A stretch of DNA of 64,000 nucleotides, taken from NCBI GenBank assembly GCA_964057225.1, contig OZ059899.1, positions 17,546,001 through 17,610,000 of the forward strand. The letters are read 5' to 3'. Shown one piece after another: positions 1 to 9,500 of the stretch. Source of the DNA: Auanema rhodensis. Taxonomy: Eukaryota > Animalia > Nematoda. The number at the start of each line of letters is the position of its first letter. Within the stretch, counting starts at the first letter, position 1. The notes under the pieces were generated by a model. That model ran no database searches. It was given only the letters and a program-made list of their open reading frames with translations, and was not told the origin of the DNA. The translations under genes were made by a program, and so were the position numbers.

Positions 1-77
1 TCGATGCGGATTTTTAAGCTGCGTCGATCTATGTTATCAGATTTGCGCTATCTTTAAAATGCACCGATATATCAACT

Positions 78-99
78 GATATAAGTTCACACTTATATC
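78..99. repeat. Perfect 9-bp inverted repeat with 4-nt spacer (hairpin 2); monomer 1 shown
   Basis: GATATAAGT-TCAC-ACTTATATC. It overlaps a second dyad, ATATCA-AC-TGATAT, immediately upstream. Confidence 0.92.
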
Positions 100-173
100 C
101 TCGATTTTCACCCTGAAGAATTAATTTTTTTGTTGAATAACCTTGTCCATCGTCTTCACCTTGAAAAAAGGAA

Positions 174-245
174 TCTAAAAACATCTACTTTTTGTAAAAT
201 TATTTTGAAATTTTTCGGGAAAATTTTTGTCAAAATGTTTTTGGA
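174..245. repeat. A/T-tract region with nested imperfect dyads; monomer 1 shown
   Basis: TCTAAAAACAT (174-184) vs ATGTTTTTGGA (235-245): 10/11 complementary plus one G-T. ATTTTGA (202-208) vs TCAAAAT (230-236). AATTTT/AAAATT flank TCGGG. Confidence 0.7.
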
Positions 246-249
246 AGCA

Positions 250-277
250 ATGTTGAGTGTACATGGAAACTCAACAT
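250..277. repeat. Perfect 9-bp inverted repeat with 10-nt spacer (hairpin 3); monomer 1 shown
   Basis: ATGTTGAGT-GTACATGGAA-ACTCAACAT; it includes the palindrome TGTACA (258-263). Confidence 0.92.
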
Positions 278-320
278 ACACTAATACATCATTTTCTAAA
301 CGATCATAACTAATTTTTGT

Positions 321-337
321 ATTGAGGGTTTCTCAAT
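321..337. repeat. 6-bp inverted repeat with 5-nt spacer (hairpin 4); monomer 1 shown
   Basis: ATTGAG-GGTTT-CTCAAT; this site is polymorphic among monomers. Confidence 0.8.
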
Positions 338-351
338 GTAATATAGTGCAT

Positions 352-418
352 TCGATGCGGATTTTTAAGCTGCGTCGATCTGTGTTATCAGATTTGCGCT
401 AGCTTAAAAATGCACCGA
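352..418. repeat. ~67-bp imperfect inverted repeat (hairpin 1) in each monomer; monomer 2 shown
   Basis: ATTTTTAAGCT (361-371) is the exact reverse complement of AGCTTAAAAAT (401-411). Inner pairs are GCG/CGC (372-374/397-399) and ATCTG/CAGAT (378-382/389-393) around a TGTTAT loop. Outer TCGATGC/GCACCGA (352-358/412-418) has one mismatch. Confidence 0.92.
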
Positions 419-702
419 GATATCAACTGATATAAGTTCACACTTATAATCTCGATTTTCACCCTGAAGAATTAATTTTTTTGTTGAATAACATTGTCCA
501 TCGTCTTCACCTTGAAAAAAGGAATCTAAAAACATCTACTTTTTGTAAAATTATTTTGAAATTTTTAGGGAAAATTTTTGTCAAAATGTTTTTGGAAGCA
601 ATGTTGAGTGTACATGGAAACTCAACATACACTAATGCATCATTTTTCAAACGATCATAACTAATTTTTGTATTAAGCGTTTCTCAATGTAGTATAGTGC
701 AT

Positions 703-3510
703 TCGAATCGGATTTTTAAGCTGCGTCGATCTGTGTTATCAGATTTGCGCTAGCTTAAAAATGCACCGAGATATCAACTGATATAAGTTCACACTTATAT
801 CCTCGATTTTCACCCTGAAAAATTGATTTTTTCGTTGAATAACATTGTCCATCGTCTTTGCCTTGAAAAAAGGAATCTAAAAACATCTACTTTTTGTGAA
901 ATTATTTTGAAATTTTCAGAGAAAATTTTTGTCAAAATGTTTTTGGAAGCAATGTTGAGTGTACATGGAAACTCAACATACACTAATGCATCATTTTTCA
1001 AACGATCATAACTATTTTTTGTATCGAGCGTTTCTCAATGTAGTATAGTGCATTCGATGCGGATTTTTAAGCTGCGTCGATCTATGTTATCAGATTTGCG
1101 CTATCTTTAAAATGCACCGAGATATCAACTGTTATAAGTTCACACTTATATCCTCGATTTTCACCCTGAAGAATTAATTTTTTTGTTGAATAACATTGTC
1201 CATCGTCTTCACCTTGAAAAATGGAATCTAAAAACATCTACTTTTTGTGAAATTATTTTGAAATTTTCAGAGAAAATTTTTGTCAAAATGTTTTTGGAAG
1301 CAATGTTGAGTGTACATGGAAACTCAACATACACTAATGCATCATTTTTCAAACGATCATAACTAATTTTTGTATTGAGCGTTTCTCAATGTAGTATAGT
1401 GCATTCGAATCGGATTTTTAAGCTGCGTCGATCTGTGTTATCAGATTTGCGCTAGCTTAAAAATGCACCGAGATATCAACTGATATAAGTTCACACTTAT
1501 ATCCTCGATTTTCACCCTGAAAAATTGATTTTTTCGTTGAATAACATTGTCCATCGTCTTTGCCTTGAAAAAAGGAATCTAAAAACATCTACTTTTTTTG
1601 AAATTATTTTGAAATTTTCAGAGAAAATTTTTGTCAAAATGTTTTTGGAAGCAATGTTGAGTGTACATGGAAACTCAACATACACTAATGCATCATTTTT
1701 CAAACGATCATGACTAATTTTTGTATTGAGGGTTTCTCAATGTAGTATAGTGCATTCCATGCGGATTTTTAAGCTGCGTCGATCTATGTTATCAGATTTG
1801 CGCTATCTTTAAAATGCACCGAGATATCAACTGTTATAAGTTCACACTTATATCCTCGATTTTCACCCTGAAGAATTAATTTTTTTGTTGAATAACATTG
1901 TCCATCGTCTTCACCTTGAAAAAAGAAATCTAAAAACATCTACTTTTTGTGAAATTATTTTGAAATTTTTCGGGAAAATTTTTGTCAAAATGTTTTTGGA
2001 AGCAATGTTGAGTGTACATGGAAACTCAACATACACTAATGCATCATTTTTCAAACGATCATAACTAATTTTTGTATTAAGCGTTTCTCAATGTAGTATA
2101 GTGCATTCGAATCGGATTTTTAAGCTGCGTCGATCTGTGTTATCAGATTTGCGCTAGCTTAAAAATGCACCGAGATATCAACTGATATAAGTTCACACTT
2201 ATATCCTCGATTTTCACCCTGAAAAATTGATTTTTTCGTTGAATAACATTGTCCATCGTCTTTGCCTTGAAAAAAGGAATCTAAAAACATCTACTTTTTG
2301 TGAAATTATTTTGAAATTTTCAGAGAAAATTTTTGTCAAAATGTTTTTGGAAGCAATGTTGAGTGTACATGGAAACTCAACATACACTAATGCATCATTT
2401 TTCAAACGATCATAACTATTTTTTGTATCGAGCGTTTCTCAATGTAGTATAGTGCATTCGATGCGGATTTTTAAGCTGCGTCGATCTATGTTATCAGATT
2501 TGCGCTATCTTTAAAATGCACCGAGATATCAACTGTTATAAGTTCACACTTATATCCTCGATTTTCACCCTGAAGAATTAATTTTTTTGTTGAATAACAT
2601 TGTCCATCGTCTTCACCTTGAAAAAAGGAATCTAAAAACATCTACTTTTTGTGAAATTATTTTGAAATTTTCAGAGAAAATTTTTGTCAAAATGTTTTTG
2701 GAAGCAATGTTGAGTGTACATGGAAACTCAACATACACTAATGCATCATTTTTCAAACGATCATAACTAATTTTTGTATTGAGCGTTTCTCAATGTAGTA
2801 TAGTGCATTCGAATCGGATTTTTAAGCTGCGTCGATCTGTGTTATCAGATTTGCGCTAGCTTAAAAATGCACCGAGATATCAACTGATATAAGTTCACAC
2901 TTATATCCTCGATTTTCACCCTGAAAAATTGATTTTTTCGTTGAATAACATTGTCCATCGTCTTTGCCTTGAAAAAAGGAATCTAAAAACATCTACTTTT
3001 TTTGAAATTATTTTGAAATTTTCAGAGAAAATTTTTGTCAAAATGTTTTTGGAAGCAATGTTGAGTGTACATGGAAACTCAACATACACTAATGCATCAT
3101 TTTTCAAACGATCATGACTAATTTTTGTATTGAGGGTTTCTCAATGTAGTATAGTGCATTCGATGCGGATTTTTAAGCTGCGTCGATCTATGTTATCAGA
3201 TTTGCGCTATCTTTAAAATGCACCGAGATATCAACTCTTATAAGTTCACACTTATATCCTCGATTTTCACCCTGAAGAATTAATTTTTTTGTTGAATAAC
3301 ATTGTCCATCGTCTTCACCTTGAAAAAAGAAATCTAAAAACATCTACTTTTTGTGAAATTATTTTGAAATTTTTCGGGAAAATTTTTGTCAAAATGTTTT
3401 TGGAAGCAATGTTGAGTGTACATGGAAACTCAACATACACTAATGCATCATTTTTCAAACGATCATAACTAATTTTTGTATTAAGCGTTTCTCAATGTAG
3501 TATAGTGCAT
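703..3510. repeat. 4-monomer higher-order repeat (1404 bp), 2 copies
   Basis: Rare marker ACTATTTTTTGTATCGAG at 1011 and 2415. ORF variants alternate at 823/2227 (TFCE) and 1525/2929 (TFFE). Confidence 0.9.
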
Positions 3511-6500
3511 TCGAATCGGATTTTTAAGCTGCGTCGATCTATGTTATCAGATTTGCGCTATCTTTAAAATGCACCGAGATATCAACTGTTATAAGTTCAC
3601 ACTTATATCCTCGATTTTCACCCTGAAGAATTAATTTTTTTGTTGAATAACATTGTCCATCGTCTTCACCTTGAAAAAAGAAATCTAAAAACATCTACTT
3701 TTTGTGAAATTATTTTGAAATTTTTCGGGAAATTTTTTGTCAAAATGTTTTTGGAAGCAATGTTGAGTGTACATGGAAACTCAACATACACTAATGCATC
3801 ATTTTTCAAACGATCATAACTAATTTTTGTATTGAGCGTTCCTCAATGTAGTATAGTGCATTCGATGCGGATTTTTAAGCTGCGTCGATCTATGTTATCA
3901 GATTTGCGCTATCTTTAAAATGCACCGAGATATCAACTGTTATAAGTTCACACTTATATCCTCGATTTTCACCCTGAAGAATTAATTTTTTTGTTTAATA
4001 ACATTGTCCATCGTCTTTGCCTTGAAAAAAGAAATCTGAAAACATCTACTTTTTGTGAAATTATTTTGAAATTTTTCGGGAAAATTTTTGTCAAAATGTT
4101 TTTGGAAGCAATGTTGAGTGTACATGGAAACTCAACATACACTAATACATCATTTTCTAAACGATCATAACTAATTTTTGTATTGAGGGTTTCTCAATGT
4201 AATATAGTGCATTCGATGCGGATTTTTAAGCTGCGTCGATCTGTGTTATCAGATTTGCGCTAGCTTAAAAATGCACCGATTTATCAACTGATATAAGTTC
4301 ACACTTATATCCTCGATTTTCACCCTGAAGAATTAATTTTTTTGTTGAATAACATTGTCCATCGTCTTCGTCTTGAAAGAAGGAATCTAAAAACATCTAC
4401 TTTTTGTGAAATTATTTTGAAATTTTTCGGGAAAATTTTTGTCAAAATGTTTTTGGAAGCAATGTTGAGTGTACATGGAAACTCAACATACACTAATACA
4501 TCATTTTCTAAACGATCATAACTAATTTTTGTATTGAGGGTTTCTCAATGTAATATAGTGCATTCGATGCGGATTTTTAAGCTGCGTCGATCTGTGTTAT
4601 CAGATTTGCGCTAGCTTAAAAATGCACCGATATATCAACTGATATAAGTTCACACTTATATCCTCGATTTTCACCCTGAAAAATTGATTTTTTCGTTGAA
4701 TAACATTGTCCATCGTCTTTGCCTTCAAAAAAGGAATCTAAAAACATCTACTTTTTGTGAAATTATTTCGAAATTTTTAGGGAAAATTTTTGTCAAAATG
4801 TTTTTGAAAGCAATGTTGAGTGTACATGGAAACTCAACATACACTAATACATCATTTTTTAAACGATCATAACTAATTTTTGTATTGAGGGTTTCTCAAT
4901 GTAGTATAGTGCATTCGATGCGGATTTTTAAGCTGCGTCGATCTATGTTATCAGATTTGCGCTAGCTTAAAAATGCACCGATTTATCAACTGATATAAGT
5001 TCACACTTATATCCTCGATTTTCACCCTGAAGAATTAATTTTTTTGTTGAATAACATTGTCCATCGTCTTCGCCTTGAAAGAAGGAATCTAAAAACATCT
5101 ACTTTTTGTGAAATTATTTTGAAATTTTTCGGGAAAATTTTTGTCAAAATGTTTTTGGAAGCAATGTTGAGTGTACATGGAAACTCAACATACACTAATA
5201 CATCATTTTCTAAACGATCATAACTAATTTTTGTATTGAGGGTTTCTCAATGTAATATAGTGCATTCGATGCGGATTTTTAAGCTGCGTCGATCTGTGTT
5301 ATCAGATTTGCGCTAGCTTAAAAATGCACCGATATATCAACTGATATAAGTTCACACTTATATCCTCGATTTTCACCCTGAAAAATTGATTTTTTCGTTG
5401 AATAACATTGTCCATCGTCTTTGCCTTCAAAAAAGGAATCTAAAAACATCTACTTTTTGTGAAATTATTTCGAAATTTTTAGGGAAAATTTTTGTCAAAA
5501 TGTTTTTGAAAGCAATGTTGAGTGTACATGGAAACTCAACATACACTAATACATCATTTTTTAAACGATCATAACTAATTTTTGTATTGAGGGTTTCTCA
5601 ATGTAGTATAGTGCATTCGATGCGGATTTTTAAGCTGCGTCGATCTATGTTATCAGATTTGCGCTAGCTTAAAAAAGCACCGAGATATCAACTGATATAA
5701 GTTCACACTTATATCCTCGATTTTCACCCTGAAGAATTAATTTTTTCGTTGAATAACATTGTCCATCGTCTTCGCCTTGAAATAAGGAATCTAAAAACAT
5801 CTACTTTTTGTGAAATTATTTTGGAATTTTTTATGGAAAATTTTTGTCAAAATGTTTTTGGAAGCAATGTTGAGTGTACATGGAAACTCAACATACACTA
5901 ATACATCATTTTCTAAACGATCATAACTAATTTTTGTATTGAGGGTTTCTCAATGTAATATAGTGCATTCGATGCGGATTTTTAAGCTGCGTCGATCTGT
6001 GTTATCAGATTTGCGCTAGCTTAAAAATGCACCGATTTATCAACTGATATAAGTTCACACTTATATCCTCGATTTTCACCCTGAAGAATTAATTTTTTTG
6101 TTGAATAACATTGTCCATCGTCTTCGTCTTGAAAGAAGGAATCTAAAAACATCTACTTTTTGTGAAATTATTTTGAAATTTTTCGGGAAAATTTTTGTCA
6201 AAATGTTTTTGGAAGCAATGTTGAGTGTACATGGAAACTCACCATACACTAATGCATCATTTTTCAAACGATCATAACTAATTTTTGTATCGAGCGTTTC
6301 TCAATGTAGTATAGTGCATTCGATGCGGATTTTTAAGCTGCGTCGATCTATGTTATCAGATTTGCGCTATCTTAAAAATGCACCGATTTATCAACTGATA
6401 TAAGTTCACACTTATATCCTCGATTTTCACCCTGAAGAATTAATTTTTTTGTTGAATAACATTGTCCATCGTCTTCGTCTTGAAAGAAGGAATCTAAAAA

Positions 6501-9500
6501 CATCTACTTTTTGTGAAATTATTTTGAAATTTTTCGGGAAAATTTTTGTCAAAATGTTTTTGGAAGCAATGTTGAGTGTACATGGAAACTCAACATACAC
6601 TAATACATCATTTTCTAAACGATCATAACTAATTTTTGTATTGAGGGTTTCTCAATGTAATATAGTGCATTCGATGCGGATTTTTAAGCTGCGTCGATCT
6701 GTGTTATCAGATTTGCGCTAGCTTAAAAATGCACCGATTTATCAACTGATATAAGTTCACACTTATATCCTCGATTTTCACCCTGAAGAATTAATTTTTT
6801 TGTTGAATAACATTGTCCATCGTCTTCGCCTTGAAAGAAGGAATCTAAAAACATCTACTTTTTGTGAAATTATTTTGAAATTTTTCGGGAAAATTTTTGT
6901 CAAAATGTTTTTGGAAGCAATGTTGAGTGTACATGGAAACTCAACATACACTAATACATCATTTTCTAAACGATCATAACTAATTTTTGTATTGAGGGTT
7001 TCTCAATGTAATATAGTGCATTCGATGCGGATTTTTAAGCTGCGTCGATCTGTGTTATCAGATTTGCGCTAGCTTAAAAATGCACCGATATATCAACTGA
7101 TATAAGTTCACACTTATATCCTCGATTTTCACCCTGAAGAATTAATTTTTTTGTTGAATAACATTGTCCATCGTCTTCGCCTTGAAAGAAGGAATCTAAA
7201 AACATCTACTTTTTGTGAAATTATTTTGAAATTTTTCGGGAAAATTTTTGTCAAAATGTTTTTGGAAGCAATGTTGAGTGTACATGGAAACTCAACATAC
7301 ACTAATACATCATTTTTTAAACGATCATAACTAATTTTTGTATTGAGGGTTTCTCAATGTAGTATAGTGCATTCGATGCGGATTTTTAAGCTGCGTCGAT
7401 CTGTGTTATCAGATTTGCGCTAGCTTAAAAATGCACCGATATATCAACTGATATAAGTTCACACTTATATCCTCGATTTTCACCCTGAAAAATTGATTTT
7501 TTCGTTGAATAACATTGTCCATCGTCTTTGCCTTCAAAAAAGGAATCTAAAAACATCTACTTTTTGTGAAATTATTTCGAAATTTTTAGGGAAAATTTTT
7601 GTCAAAATGTTTTTGAAAGCAATGTTGAGTGTACATGGAAACTCAACATACACTAATACATCATTTTTTAAACGATCATAACTAATTTTTGTATTGAGGG
7701 TTTCTCAATGTAGTATAGTGCATTCGATGCGGATTTTTAAGCTGCGTCGATCTATGTTATCAGATTTGCGCTAGCTTAAAAAAGCACCGAGATATCAACT
7801 GATATAAGTTCACACTTATATCCTCGATTTTCACCCTGAAGAATTAATTTTTTCGTTGAATAACATTGTCCATCGTCTTCGCCTTGAAATAAGGAATCTA
7901 AAAACATCTACTTTTTGTGAAATTATTTTGAAATTTTCAGGGAAAATTTTTGTCAAAATGTTTTTGGAAGCAATGTTGAGTGTACATGGAAACTCACCAT
8001 ACACTAATGCATCATTTTTCAAACGATCATAACTAATTTTTGTATCGAGCGTTTCTCAATGTAGTATAGTGCATTCGATGCGGATTTTTAAGCTGCGTCG
8101 ATCTATGTTATCAGATTTGCGCTATCTTAAAAATGCACCGAGATATCAACTGATATAAGTTCACACTTATATCCTCGATTTTCAACCTGAAGAATTAATT
8201 TCTTCGTTGAATAACAATGTCCATCGTCTTCGCCTTAAAAAAAAAATCTAAAAACATCTACTTTTTTTGAAATTATTTTGAAATTTTCAGAGAAAATTTT
8301 TGTCAAAATGTTTTTGGAAGCAATGTTGAGTGTACATGGAAACTCAACATACACTAATGCATCATTTTTCAAACGATCATGACTAATTTTTGTATTGAGG
8401 GTTTCTCAATGTAGTATAGTGCATTCGATGCGGATTTTTAAGCTGCGTCGATCTATGTTATCAGATTTGCGCTAGCTTAAAAATGCACCGATATATCAAC
8501 TGATATAAGTTCACACTTATATCCTCGATTTTCACCCTGAAGAATTAATTTTTTTGTTGAATAACATTGTCCATCGTCTTCACCTTGAAAAAAGAAATCT
8601 AAAAACATCTACTTTTTGTGAAATTATTTTGAAATTTTTCGGGAAAATTTTTGTCAAAATGTTTTTGGAAGCAATGTTGAGTGTACATGGAAACTCAACA
8701 TACACTAATGCATCATTTTTCAAACGATCATAACTAATTTTTGTATTAAGCGTTTCTCAATGTAGTATAGTGCATTCGAATCGGATTTTTAAGCTGCGTC
8801 GATCTATGTTATCAGATTTGCGCTATCTTTAAAATGCACCGAGATATCAACTGTTATAAGTTCACACTTATATCCTCGATTTTCACCCTGAAGAATTAAT
8901 TTTTTTGTTGAATAACATTGTCCATCGTCTTCACCTTGAGAAAAGAAATCTAAAAACATCTACTTTTTGTGAAATTATTTTGAATGTTTTCGGGAAATTT
9001 TTTGTCAAAATGTTTTTGGAAGCAATGTTGAGTGTACATGGAAACTCAACATACACTAATGCATCATTTTTCAAACGATCATAACTAATTTTTGTATTGA
9101 GCGTTCCTCAATGTAGTATAGTGCATTCGATGCGGATTTTTAAGCTGCGTCGATCTATGTTATCAGATTTGCGCTATCTTTAAAATGCACCGAGATATCA
9201 ACTGTTATAAGTTCACACTTATATCCTCGATTTTCACCCTGAAGAATTAATTTTTTTGTTTAATAACATTGTCCATCGTCTTTGCCTTGAAAAAAGAAAT
9301 CTGAAAACATCTACTTTTTGTGAAATTATTTTGAAATTTTTCGGGAAAATTTTTGTCAAAATGTTTTTGGAAGCAATGTTGAGTGTACATGGAAACTCAA
9401 CATACACTAATACATCATTTTCTAAACGATCATAACTAATTTTTGTATTGAGGGTTTCTCAATGTAATATAGTGCATTCGATGCGGATTTTTAAGCTGCG

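Noticed and set aside
113-170. Hammerhead ribozyme core (CTGAAGA ... GAAA), as in some transcribed satellites
   Set aside because: CUGANGA is present only in some monomers (others read CTGAAAA or CTGGAGA). No credible stem II closes onto GAAA (the next motif is GAAT), and no GGTG partner exists for stem I. The minus strand has only CUGAUAA. An Infernal search against Rfam hammerhead models would settle it.
1-351. Assignment to a known ~350-360-bp satellite (e.g. Drosophila 1.688 family, tenebrionid beetle satellites, Chironomus telomeric repeats)
   Set aside because: Only length and AT-richness are similar; I recognise no convincing sequence identity. A database search is needed.
1-351. Monomer as a diverged dimer of ~175 bp
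   Set aside because: No visible similarity between the two halves at that offset.
1-351. Tandem 5S rRNA, tRNA, snRNA or spliced-leader gene array
   Set aside because: No recognisable 5S, tRNA (T-loop GTTCRA in a cloverleaf), Pol III A/B box or leader sequence. AATTTTTG resembles an Sm site but is expected by chance in such T-rich DNA.
830-848. CENP-B box-like TTTCGTTGAATAAC, and TT(C/T)GAAATTTTT(C/A)GGG
   Set aside because: The first lacks the essential CGGG half. The second has 8 rather than 7 nt spacing and lacks the central A, and I did not see its TTCG and CGGG alleles together.
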